A stretch of DNA of 63,404 nucleotides, filler included, from Elsinoe ampelina (Eukaryota), in assembly GCA_010093995.1 (NCBI GenBank). It is 10 parts of 9 records of this genome, joined end to end, with 100 filler letters (N's around TTAATTAATTAA, not from the genome) between each part and the next. Parts side by side here need not be neighbours in the genome. Positions count along the whole stretch, not along the records: positions 16,666 to 43,888 come from ML992504.1; positions 43,989 to 45,536 come from ML992505.1; positions 45,637 to 50,377 come from ML992506.1; 7 more parts are not named here. One strand, 5' to 3'. The position numbers were made by a program, and so were the translations under genes. Positions 35,299-48,600 of the stretch are shown piece after piece; the first letter of the stretch is position 1, and each line of letters opens with the position of its first letter. The notes beneath the pieces were generated by a model, which was not told the DNA's origin, searched no databases, and worked only from the letters and a program-made list of their open reading frames with translations.

Positions 35299-38200
35299 AT
35301 GGAGAGACCAAAGCCTCGTAAACCGAGGTCACCGCGGTCACATCGTGGCAAATTGACAGCAGAGAGCAAAGCCCCTGCAATGGTGCCAGCACCGCTGGTG
35401 GCGAAGAGCAAATCTCAATCGGCGATAGGCCCGGCTACGCACCTGCCTGCTTCAAGCAGTGCTCGAACGACACATGAACCGTCTTATCTGCAGAGTATGG
35501 ATCAAATACTCCAGTCACATCCACAATCCATGTCGCTGGATCCATTAATGGTGGTGTCAAGCAGACCACCAAGATCTACAACAGCACCACCTTCGGAGAC
35601 AGTGCATCAACAGCAACAATCTTTTCAGCAATCAGAGTTATCAGATGTCCCACCAGTGCCTAGACTGCGGCGAAAACGCTCTACAATTGGGAAGAACAGA
35701 AGAGACAGCACTTCGAGGATCGATCATTTGCAGCACCCCGTGCTTGAGGACAAAGTAGTCCCAGACCAGCAGTCTCTTCGACCCGTGTCTACACAACCAC
35801 CAGTGACACCCATCGAAGACGAATTGCCGTCTTCGCAGAATCTGTCCCCTCCAAAGCGACTACATCCAGCTCTTCGACAGCAAGAGAATCGGTTGAGCAC
35901 AACTCCATTCTCTTATGCTCCATCCACTACTCCATCTTCGAGATACACGGCTTCGCCTGCCTTCAGCCAAGTCTCTAGCCGAACATCGATTTCCTCGTAT
36001 TCCCCAAACATGCCATCTGGAGCCTTTGGCACACTGCCAGCAGACCGAAAAGACGATCGTCGAGGTCCTGGCCTGCCATCTTCACCCAAAGCATTCAAGG
36101 ACGCGGCGAATAAGGTGTCCCGGCCAACGTCCATCGATATGAGGGCTCAACCCACCATCCCACCCGAATTCGCTCACTTGAACGTCGATGTTCAGCAACC
36201 AGCTTCCACGAGGAGCAGGCCACGAAGACCCAGCCGAGACGGCACTCCTGATCTGACAATCGTAAGCAGGGTCGTGCCCGTCATCCAGAGCGACTTGTCT
36301 CCTAGGCCGAGCTCAGGCGAGCGCTTCACTTCTCCCGTAACGCCATCTTCTGAAAGTCGTCGACGATTCTTCGGTTCTTGGTCACGAAGCAGCTCTAGAG
36401 ACTCCAGTCATAGGAAAGATTCTGGAGTCTACCCGTTTTCGCCCGTGGTCAATTCGAACAAGAATGATGGACGAGAGACTCCTCAATCTGTCTTGACCGC
36501 GCCATCCCCTGCCAATGAAGATATCAGCAGACCCAGAAGTGCCTCTCGATTCGGCCGTCTCCTTGGCCGCTCAACGGAAAATGCCAGCAAGCTACAGAAA
36601 ACGCCCCGACGAGGTCCGGCAGCGGGTACAGGTCACGAAGGATACGGCAGGTTCGGTTTCAGGGGCCGTAATTTCAGCTTTTCAAGCCTCAAGAGTGCTG
36701 GGAGGTCCAGTAGTGTTGACAGCACTGCTAGCCGAGTCTCTGACCAACAAGATGGCGATTATGGTTCCGACTTCAGCGAGTCTGAGACAGAAGCAATCAA
36801 GTCAAGACGTTACGGCAACACAAGTGTAGTCTCCGCACGTCCAGCTACCCCACTGGACAAAGAAGCTCTAGTCCAAAGTGGACTTCTCGGAAAGAACCAC
36901 ATGGAAGCGACACAACGCAGAAGCTTCGCCCAAAGAGCAAAGGATGGTTCTGCACCTGTCGACATGCTCAATCAATTTGAGTCCACAAGCTACATCGGTG
37001 CCGACAGACTCGCGGCGGGCAAGGACAAATCATCTCGTCCATCAAGTCGCCGCTTGTCTTTCGGAAGTGCGGGCAAGCCTGCTTCAGATGTACCGGACCA
37101 GGTCAAGCCCAAGCCTTCACGACGATGGAATTTCTTCCAGCGAGCCCAGGCCAAAAACAAAGATACCGCATCGTCTCCACAATTTAGTCAAGATGCTTCC
37201 CAAGATAGTAGAAAGCTTGGCTTCTACGCCGATGAGGCGGAGGAATCTCCGGTAGATCTAGTCGAGGCTCACATACTTGCACAAGACGATCAAATTCGAC
37301 GGATGGAGAATAAGATGTCACAAGTCGACTCAGGCGGGAACACAGTGGTACCGTATGATGCCAGACACTCGTCTCTGTTGCCGCCACCGCCTTCCCAGAA
37401 GTTGAGAGAAGCGAACACACTGAAGCGCTCTTCACAAGGTCGGCCACCCTCTTTCCGCCTGGATTCTGCCGAGTCACCGGAGATCCTACATGCAACGACA
37501 GCTCAAACGGCACACCCACAGATGGTCAACGACGCCGCCCCAAGATCCGCAAGATCCTCGCTTGCACATCGACCAATGCCTGGAAACGCATTTGCTCTTG
37601 GAATTCATAACGTGCACTCCCCAACGCAGAACATGTCGACAGTCGATACATCCTCGAGTGAGGAGCAATTCATTGCATTTCCCCCACGCAAGAATTCAGA
37701 ACTGTCATACACATCTAGCTCTGGCGCTGCTAGCTTTCGATCCTCATCAACACTGGTTGCCAATGCCCAACCGAGCACATGGTTGGGTGATGAAGATGTC
37801 TGGAACGAGTACAACGAGCTCATTGATGAGGTCCTGCCTACGAAAGTGCCTCAGCTGGCGAGAAATTCGAAGACACCCCCTTCCACATCGTCTTCACTGA
37901 GCGCACCCTTCCAGTACGACGATACTCGTGCACCACTCCGGCCAAAGTCAAAATTCCTTCCTCAGATTCATGCTCTCATCGAAGATCTCGAAGCTCCAGT
38001 AATTCCCATAGACAGACCACAGAGCGACAGTCCAGACCGCTTCTCCCAGTATTTGCAGCCAGCAGCCACACCCAGCACACCGTATTCTCTCTCTGACATC
38101 ATGGCTGGCTATGGTGAGAGGACAGCAAGCTATGCATCGACGAAAGGCAGAAACAGCGGCTATGGCGACCCACGTCAAAGTATGGAGAGCGGCTACTCTT

Positions 38201-39352
38201 CCCATTACAGCCGCATGTCTGGACCCTCCCGGCCCATCTCCAAGCCTGAATTTGGCGAAAGTATCAGCCCTGTCCTGGAAGAGTCTGAGCCACCTTCGGC
38301 AATCGATGAGACATCGCCGAGAAAGAGCCGCCGAAGTGCCGATGCCGATCTGCGATTCGGGGCATTGATGACCAGCAAATGGCTCTCCTTTGGTAGAGTC
38401 TTGTTTAGCCCAGCACACAATGAGGTCAGGAGTGGAGAGGATGTCCGAGTCCTCGTGGTAGATGGGTTGGGCAAGGGTGAGTGTTACGATAGCGCGGTTT
38501 GAAAAGATTCTGACGTGTCCAGATTGGTCATACTATTGCGCATTAACCTATTCGAATGCCACTTTCTACAATCTGGAGATCACTACAACAGATGCAAAGT
38601 CATCGACCAGAGGTCAGGACTTGACCAACTACCGCAATGTCCGTCACTCCTCCATCGGATCTCCTTTCCCGTTTCCACGAGGCTTCTTCACGGCTGTGAT
38701 CTTCCGATTCCCGGTGGCGACCACAGACAAAGCGCTTCACGCCTGTATCTTCGAATGCAAGCGGGTACTGCGACCTGGCGGCTTTCTCGAATTGTCAGTC
38801 CTGGACCTGGATATGATGAATATGGGTACCAAGGCTCGACGTGCTTTGAGAAGTCTGAAGGTCGACATGCATACACGCAACGATCAGATCAGCCTGCGAA
38901 ATCTTGGTGATACCATGTTGACAATGGTCGGCCGACGGGGTTTTGATAACATTCAGAGGTGTATCGTCGGCATCCCAGTTGCTGGCAGAATACCTCGCAG
39001 CCAAGACATGTCTAGCGACAGCAGCGGTCGATCTTCACTTCAAGCTGCCATCTCTGCACATGAGAAAGGCGAGAAGCGGCAGACCAAAGATTTCGCTGGT
39101 ATTTTGTATAGCCAGCAGAGCAGCTCACCCACAAAAGCACGGGACAATGACGAAGGAATCACCAAGATGGTAGCCAAAGTGGGCCGCTGGTGGTACTCTA
39201 CCTGCTACGGTACAGTTGCAGGATCAGAGGATACCATATGGGAGCAATCTGGCCTGCTGCGGGAGTGTGAGAAGCAAGGCACTGCTTTCAGACTTTTGCT
39301 CTGTTATGCTCAGAAGCCGACCTGTCCACCTCGAAGGACGGCGAGCGTATGA
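35299..39352 (+). CDS. Large S/P/R-rich disordered protein with C-terminal class I SAM-dependent methyltransferase-like domain; exons 35299-38476, 38523-39352
   Basis: 1067-aa ORF joined by 46-bp intron (GTGAGT..CTGAC..CAG) giving VLVVDGLGK-DWSYYCALTY; ECKRVLRPGGFLELSVLD; start codon uncertain. Confidence 0.85.
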
Positions 39353-40329
39353 GACGACAACACTGTTCATCTACTACATCAACATGAACACTTTACGATA
39401 TCAACGAAGTTATCACTGAACGCGTTTGCATAGCGACAATGATATTATTCATACGACGCACGAACAACGACCACGAATATACGCAGCGCAGCATCGCACC
39501 AGCGACCATTTCGACACTTTTTGTACTTGACGATAATTGCATTCACACAACATAGCGGATGGCAGGTCCTGATGCATTTCGGAGAGGTTTCTTTTGGGTA
39601 CTGATGGTTGGCATCTATTCTCATTGAAGACGCACAGGCTCACGCCTGGGAGGGGAGGAGGTATAGGGTCACCACAAGGTGTCAGCTTAATCTCGAACAC
39701 AATGTCATATATCAATCTATCTCCGTCATGTTGAACAAGATCCTTGTCACTTGGCATGTCAGCATTTAGTTCGGATGCTAACATGGTTGGCCGTAGGTCT
39801 TCCTCCGCACTGATCCACATTGGATCCCCTTGTTGTAACTGGCAAATCGGATCGAGAGACGTGTGTTTCATTTAGAGAGTTACAATAACCGATTTATCTA
39901 CTGTACGTACGCTGACTTATTAGTACTAGTTCTTTAGTACTAGAGAAGCTATACTAGCCTTCTATTATAATACTCCCTCTCTAGTATAGGTTATTAAAGC
40001 TAGAGAACTGTCCTATTACATATAAGTAAAGTAATTAGCTTATTACTTTATCTCTTTATAATTACTTATAATTATTAGTGTTAGCTAATTATTAGTAAGA
40101 ATTTACTATTAGTTTAGCTTATAATTGCTAGTAATAATAGTAACTATTAACAATAGCTAGGCAGCTATTATTTATATAAATAGACTAGTCTATAAGTCTT
40201 AATTAAAGAGATATAAGTATCTAACTAGCTTCTTTATAATTTCTCCTTTCTTTATTATACTTATAGTAGTAGCCTTTTCTTTTATATAACACTTCTACCT
40301 TCTTACTATACTATATTAATAATACTTAT

Positions 40330-41500
40330 AATATAAGCACTATAGTATAGTAATAGCTAGGTATTAGTAGTATTACTACTAGTGCTAGTATTCTAAGTAG
40401 TCTACTAGGTAGTAGAGGTAGTAGTAAGAAGAGAAATCCTCTATTAAAGTTACCTAGTACTTCTAATATTAATTATAATACTACTATAAGACTAATTACT
40501 TATCTTAATACTCTTAGTAAGTAGCTATAAAGCATTAATAGCATAAGCTAACATTAATAGCCTAATTAACTTAGACTTTAACTTAATAGTTAGCCGATAT
40601 AATCTAGAATACTCTCCTTAGGCTTAGGATAATTAGTTATTATAACTATACTAACTTATATTCTATCTAGAGGTCTATAGTAGTCTAGGCCTTTAGTACC
40701 TATAGTATACACCTAGTAGTTACTAATCCTATTCTAGTTAAAGATCTAACTAAGTAAGTTAACCTTACTAGATCTACTAACTACTCTACTACTTTAATAG
40801 CTTCTAGTACTACTAGTAGAGTAGTCTACTATAGCACTAATTACTATACTAAGTATTAGGGATCTAACCCTAGTAATAATTAGAGTAAGGGTAGAGATAG
40901 TAAGTTTAGTAAGTATATTACTTTACCTAGTTAGCTTAATAAGGCCTATACTTACTATACTTATAGTAACTAATATACTAGATGTTCCTTAGCTAACTAT
41001 ACTTTAACTCTAAGGCCTATTAGCTCTCTTAAACCTATAAGGACCCTAAGTAGCTTAAGGGTTATTACCTAGCCTATTCTATATAGTCTAATATATCTAC
41101 TAATAGAGCTCTTAAGGTCTGTCTCTTTTAGTAGTACTTTACCTTAGAGGTTCTTACTAAAGGCCTATATACTAGAGGTATTATTAGGTATAGTTAATAC
41201 TTTAATAACTTATACTAACTCTTACTACTTTATAGTAGTCCCTATAAACTTTGTAGATCCTACTAACCTAACTACTACTAAGGTTTATAACTTAGCTACT
41301 ATAGTAATAAACTATATAGTAGAGCTTATAAGAATTATAGCTACTAGCTACCCTAGTTAGCTTTCTCCTATTTATACCTTTATACTAGGCCTAGTACTAA
41401 TAAGGTATAGTAGGTCTAGATCTAATACTTCTATAAGGTCTACTAGTAGTAATAAGAAAAGAAGTTTTCCTTCTATAAAGAAGTAATTTAAGGTAAGGAA
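40330..41500 (+). pseudogene. RIP-destroyed gene-like relic with three intron-like segments; product unknown; limits approximate
   Basis: GTAAGT..GCTAAC..TAG (40517-40560), GTAAGT..ACTAAC..TAG (40754-40800), GTAAGT..ACTTAC..TAG (40909-40966); no match seen to any repeat family in the window. Confidence 0.5.
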
Positions 41501-42756
41501 TAGGTAAGAGTTATTAAAGGTAATAATAGTACTAAGTAGTAGATATAGCTTAAGTATAAGTAGCTAGTAATAAAGTTATAATAGCTTTTCCTTTCTCTCT
41601 TCTTAATAATAAAGTAATTTACTTTAAGCTTTAGATAAATAAGATAGCTTAATAAGTAGTAGTAGTATAAATAATATACTTAAAATAATAATATATATAA
41701 AATCTAAATAAGTATATAGTATAGATATATACTAAGTAATTAGCCTTTACTAATTAATTAAGAATCTTATTAAGAGACTTANNNNNNNNNNNNNNNNNNN
41801 NNNNNNNNNNNNNNNNNNNNNNNNNNNNNNNNNNNNNNNNNNNNNNNNNNNNNNNNNNNNNNNNNNNNNNNNNNNNNNNNNNNNNNNNNNNNNNNNNNNN
41901 NNNNNNNNNNNNNNNNNNNNNNNNNNNNNNNNNNNNNNNNNNNNNNNNNNNNNNNNNNNNNNNNNNNNNNNNNNNNNNNNNNNNNNNNNNNNNNNNNNNN
42001 NNNNNNNNNNNNNNNNNNNNNNNNNNNNNNNNNNNNNNNNNNNNNNNNNNNNNNNNNNNNNNNNNNNNNNNNNNNNNNNNNNNNNNNNNNNNNNNNNNNN
42101 NNNNNNNNNNNNNNNNNNNNNNNNNNNNNNNNNNNNNNNNNNNNNNNNNNNNNNNNNNNNNNNNNNNNNNNNNNNNNNNNNNNNNNNNNNNNNNNNNNNN
42201 NNNNNNNNNNNNNNNNNNNNNNNNNNNNNNNNNNNNNNNNNNNNNNNNNNNNNNNNNNNNNNNNNNNNNNNNNNNNNNNNNNNNNNNNNNNNNNNNNNNN
42301 NNNNNNNNNNNNNNNNNNNNNNNNNNNNNNNNNNNNNNNNNNNNNNNNNNNNNNNNNNNNNNNNNNNNNNNNNNNNNNNNNNNNNNNNNNNNNNNNNNNN
42401 NNNNNNNNNNNNNNNNNNNNNNNNNNNNNNNNNNNNNNNNNNNNNNNNNNNNNNNNNNNNNNNNNNNNNNNNNNNNNNNNNNNNNNNNNNNNNNNNNNNN
42501 NNNNNNNNNNNNNNNNNNNNNNNNNNNNNNNNNNNNNNNNNNNNNNNNNNNNNNNNNNNNNNNNNNNNNNNNNNNNNNNNNNNNNNNNNNNNNNNNNNNN
42601 NNNNNNNNNNNNNNNNNNNNNNNNNNNNNNNNNNNNNNNNNNNNNNNNNNNNNNNNNNNNNNNNNNNNNNNNNNNNNNNNNNNNNNNNNNNNNNNNNNNN
42701 NNNNNNNNNNNNNNNNNNNNNNNNNNNNNNNNNNNNNNNNNNNNNNNNNNNNNNNN

Positions 42757-45536
42757 TTACTATTTATAGGTCTAGCTTAAAATTAATAGCTATAGATCTA
42801 ATAATCTTACTATTATTAAGTTTCTTATAATTAATCTAGTAATATATTCTAAAGGACCTTCTAATAGTTTCTTATAGTAAAAGAGATCTTTTCCTTTTAC
42901 TAGTTAGAGGTTATATATTAAATAGTGTAATAAGGAAGTTAATATTCTTATTCTATATATATATTAGTAGTTAATTAATATTATCTATAGGATTAAAGGT
43001 TAAATATAGTTTACTAATAACTTTAGGTAGTAGTATTATAAGGTTTTTACTTTTATAATTAGTAATAATAAGTTACTTCCTCTATTTATTAATAGGTTAA
43101 GGATCTAGTTTAGAATGTTAGTATTACTCTCTCTATTCTTTAATAGAGGTAGATAATTATTATTTATATCTAGAGATTAAAGAGTAGTTAGATATTAGTT
43201 ATTTAGCTTAAGGTTATTTAGCCTAAGTAGTTTATAGATTCTTATAACTAAAGGGTAGTTAATTATAGCTATAGTCTTAATTATAATTACTACTAAATAT
43301 CTACTTCCTCTAAAGCTATAAAGCCTTAGGTTATTATACCTATAGGATATATAGCTATTTAATAACTTATATTACCTAGTCTTTATAGACTATATTCTTA
43401 TTAAATGTTATATAGAGTAATATAATAATCTTTCCCTTCTAGGCTTACTCAGTATAATACTAATAGAGTATCTAGATAAGGTAATTAGTTATTAAGTTAT
43501 TCTATATGCTAATATACTAACTAAGTAGTGCTCTAGCTTAGAATTTATATAATTTAGAAATATATTAGTTATAGATATAAGCTCTATAGCTAAAGCGTCT
43601 AATATAAGTTAATAAGACTAGCCTATTATTATTAAGAAGATTCTTTCTTAGCTCTTATATAAAGATCTTCTTAGTTTTAGTATAGGTAATTCTATTACTA
43701 ATATAGATTATAAACTCTATAACTATATACTAGAGTTTAAGGGGTGCTCTATAATTAATAAAGATATATCTTGTTCTAAGAATAACTACTTTATTAGTAG
43801 CCTTAGATTTACTATTTTAGTATTAAGTATTAGGTATAGAGATATTCTATCTCTACTCTTTAAGATAAATAGCTATTACTAGTTTATANNNNNNNNNNNN
43901 NNNNNNNNNNNNNNNNNNNNNNNNNNNNNNNNTTAATTAATTAANNNNNNNNNNNNNNNNNNNNNNNNNNNNNNNNNNNNNNNNNNNNGTAGTAGCTTAC
44001 TTAAGCCTATATAAGCCCTTTATAAGAACAATAAGCTTATTCTATTTACTAGAAATTAGTACGCCTTCTAGGTAAGAGATATAGTTCTTAATATTAATAT
44101 CTAGTCTAAGGAATATAGTAACTATATTAGCTGTTATAATAACCTAGTTATAATAAAGAGTATATATAAGGATTACTCTTCTAGTTTTAGCTCTTAGTAT
44201 TAGTATAAAGGTTCTAACAAAGTTAATATCTACTTTTTAAGTAAAGCTCTTTATAGTCTAATAAGCCTTATATCTTTTAACTTTACTATTAGTAAGCCTC
44301 TTAGTCTTAAAGACCTATTTGCCTATTATTAGTATAACACCTCTTAGTGTCTATAATTTCTTAATAATTAAAAAGGTTTTAGAGTTAGTTAGAGCCTTCT
44401 ACTCTATCTCTATTATAGCTTACTAGTAATAACCTTTAGGAGAGAATAGTATATCTCTTACTATTTATAGGTCTAGCTTAAAATTAATAGCTATAGATNN
44501 NNNNNNNNGTTAAATATAGTTCACTAATAACTTTAGGTAGTAGTATTATAAGGTCTTTACTCTTATAATTAGTAATAATAAGTTGCTTCTCCTATTTATT
44601 AATAGGTTAAGGATCTAGTTTAGAATATTAGTGTTACTCTCTCTATTCTTTAATAGGGGTAAATAATTATTATTTATATCTAGGGATTAAAGAGTAGTTA
44701 GATATTAGTTGTTTAGCTTAAGATTATTTAGCCTAAGTAGTTTATAGATTCTTATAACTAAAGGGTAGTTAATTATAGCTATAGCCTTAATTATAATTAC
44801 TACTAAATATTTACTCTCCCTAAAGCTATAAAGCCTTAGGTTGTTATACCTATAAGATATATAGCTATTTAATAACTTATATTACCTAGTCTTTATAGAC
44901 TATATTCTTATTAAATATTATATAGAGTAATATAATAATCTTTTCCTTCTAGGCTTACTAAGTATAATACTAATAGAGTATCTAGATAAGGTAATTAGTT
45001 ATTAAGTTATTCTATATACTAATATACTAACTAAGTAGTACTCTAGCTTAGAATTTATATAATTTAGAAACATATTAGTTATAGATATAAGCTCTATAGC
45101 TAAAGTGTCTAATATAAGTTAATAAGACTAGCCTATTATTATTAAGAAGATTCTTTCTTAGCTCTTATATAAGAATCTTCTTAATTTTAGTATAGGTAAT
45201 TCTATTACTAATATAAATTATAAACTCTATAACTATATACTAGAGTTTAAGAGGTGCTCTATAATTAATAAAGATATACCTTATTCTAAGAATAACTACT
45301 TTATTAGTAGTCTTAGATTTACTATTTTAGTATTAAGTATTAAGTATAGAGATATTCTATCTCTACTCTTTAAGATAAATAGCTATTACTAGTTTATAGT
45401 TCTTAAATTTACCTCCTCTATTAGAGATAAAGATAAATAAAAGCTTATTATAGGCTATTTTATTCCTTATATAGATAAGTTTAATTACTACTAGTATATT
45501 ACTCTTAAGGAAGAGAATAGTAATAAACTTATACTT
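42757..45536 (-). mobile_element. Copia C2 fragments (integrase-linker-RT), at least two overlapping copies separated by gaps
   Basis: ~42995-43888 repeats at 44509-45390; reverse complement of ~56100-57840. Confidence 0.85.
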
Positions 45537-45636
45537 NNNNNNNNNNNNNNNNNNNNNNNNNNNNNNNNNNNNNNNNNNNNTTAATTAATTAANNNNNNNN
45601 NNNNNNNNNNNNNNNNNNNNNNNNNNNNNNNNNNNN

Positions 45637-48600
45637 GATCTAGAAGTTATAGCTTATAAGTGTTTCTAACTATTAAACCTATTATCTATTAAGAACCTTA
45701 GTTGTTATCTAATATAGAAGGTTCTTATAGTTAGTATAGACTTATACGGGTAAGGTTATCCCTTCTAGATATACTCTCTATTCGTAGAACACTTCTATAA
45801 TCGTAAGTAATTCCTTATTGTATATGTCGTAGTTAAGTTTAGGTCCGGTTATTTTTTATAAGTAGTATATAATTAGGTAGCATTATTCTTCTATACTCTT
45901 CTATACTAGATACGCTTCTATCGTAAAGTCCGAGGCATCTATTTCTAGTAGTGCTTATTAGTCTAAGTTAAAGAGTACTAGGATAGGTACTATTATAAGC
46001 CTAAGCTTTAGCTTCTTAAAGGCCTACCTATATCTCTTATTAAAGACAAAGCTAGTTTCCTTTTTCGTAAGGTTAGATATTAGTATAGCTACCTTAGAGA
46101 ATTCTTTAATAAACTTATAGTAGTAGTTAAGGAACTCTAGTAGCGCTTAAACCTCCTTAACTATTGTAGGTTCCGGCTAGTCATTTACTAACTTAATCTT
46201 CTTTAGATTAGGTCTAATACTATTAGTAGATATAACATAGTCTAGAAATTATATCTTATATTTATAGAACTTACACTTAGAGAGTTTTACTAGTAGGTCT
46301 TTTTCTTTTAGTTTCTATAGTACTTTATAAATATGTCTTATATGTTTATTATACATCTTTAAGAAGATAATAATATTATCTAAATATACTAAGACAAAAT
46401 TGTTAAGGTATTCTTATAGAGTGTTATTAATTAACTCTTAGAAGGTTATAGGAGCGTTAGTTAACCTAAAGAGTATAACAAGGTACTTATATAGACCTTA
46501 TTACATCCTAAAAGCTGTCTTTTACTCCTTACTCTCCTTTATTTATACTTAATAATAGGCGTCCCTAATGTTAATTATAGTAAACTATTTAGCTCTAAGT
46601 AGTTAGTCTTAAAGTTTATCGATTCTTAGTAGGGGATAGTAATTCTTCCTAGTAAGTATATTAAGTTTCTAGTAATTAATATATATTTATAATGTCTTAT
46701 CCTTTTTTAGTGTAAAAAGCACTCCGTACGTAATAGGTAATTTTAATAGTTATATAAATCCTTTAAGTAAGTACTTGTCAATGTAGTTCTTAAGAATATT
46801 CTTCTCTTATTTCGATAGTAGTATAAGACCTTAATAGTGTATTAGGGATTTATCTTCTTTAAAAGGTATTTCGTAATTCTATAGTTTATATTAGAGTAAG
46901 GCTATAATACTTTCTCTTTCTTTAAATAAGTCCTTAAAGTCTTTATATTCCGGTAGAAGTACTTAATTACTTACACTAGCGATAGCTCTAACTATTAGTC
47001 GTACCTATACTATTCTTATAGTTAGTATCTATAGAGCTAATTATACTCCCTATGTCTTATAATTATACTTAGGGAATTTAAGTGTTTCTTTAATCTAGTC
47101 TACGTCTAGATTATGTTATTAAAGCTAGTCTATACTAAGTACTATATTATACTATATGTTAACTATATTAATTAATTGTTTTTCTATATGTGTTTCGATT
47201 TAGATTATAACGTTTTATAGTTCCTAAGTAACTTTCCTATTCTTCCCTATAGGAGTTTTATCTACTATAGTAAGTAGGTAAGGTAACTCCTTCTAGTGTT
47301 AATAAGGTTTAAGCTAATTAGTAACTATTATAGAGACGTAGCTATAGTTAGCTCCTAAATCTATTATTACTCTTACCTTACTCTCTTATATTTCGACTTC
47401 TAGTATAAAGTAGTTTAATATATAGATCTTTATTATATTAAGGCTTTAGCTAGTATTATTATCTTACCTTATTAGGCAACAACTAGCTAGTTTTTTGTTA
47501 TTATAGCTCCTTAGATAAGTAGCTAATCCCTTCCTATACGTATCTACTATTAGTACTATATCTATTAAGTAAGTTATATTTTGTCGCTATTTAATATAGT
47601 AAGGTAAACTTCTAGCGCCTAAGTCCCTTAGTAACTATAAAGTCTAATAATTCTCTACTAGTTGCACTAAGTAGTATTATACACCTATATAGGTATAACT
47701 ATTCCTTCTAGGTGTAGCTAGGTATTAGTATTAAAGACAAAAACAAGTTATATAGATTTATCTTATTGCATCCTATTCTAGTAGTAGATATATATTATTA
47801 TATAATTCCTCTATATCTCTATAAGGTATACTTTAAGTTATTCGCCCGATAGTAGTATATTGTCGTTATTATTGTTAGATAAGTCCTTATCTATATTGTT
47901 ATATTATAGTTATTTAGTGTATTCTTCGTTATATTCCTCTTTGTCGCTACTACCTCTAGTATAGTTATAGTTAGTAAGGCTATACTAAGTATATTCTTTT
48001 ACTTAGCTATAGAGAATAGTACTATCTATCTTAATTACCAAGAAGTCTATAGTGTATTTAAGACTAATAGTATCTTCTCTAAGTATATCGTATAAGTAGA
48101 TAGTATAGTACTATTTATAATCTAGATTTGTATATTTCTAGAGCGATATATAATACGCCTTTCCTTATAGTTCACTATAAGGGCTAAAGGTAAGACTACT
48201 ATATTATTACGTAGCACTTACATTCTAATACTTTATCTTAATAATTGTATATTAGTAATTATTACTAACTACCTTCTAAGGTTAGTTAATGTTACTACTA
48301 ATTATAGAGAGTCTTTCTAGGTTAAGCCCCTAGTCTAGCTATTTTATTAGTTGCCTATGCTTAGATAGCTTATATAGGAACTAACTAGATCTCTACTTGT
48401 CTAATAAGTAAATATAATAAGAGTTATTATAATATACTATCTATAATAGCGTTATATTTTAGCTTTGTTATTTACTATTAGTTATAGAGATATTAAGTAT
48501 AACATCTAGAGAGAATTCTATTACCTCTCGAGTCGTTATAGACCCCTTCTATATTTCCTTACCTACGCTAAAGGTCGTTAGGTCTTCTATAGTAGTGTCG

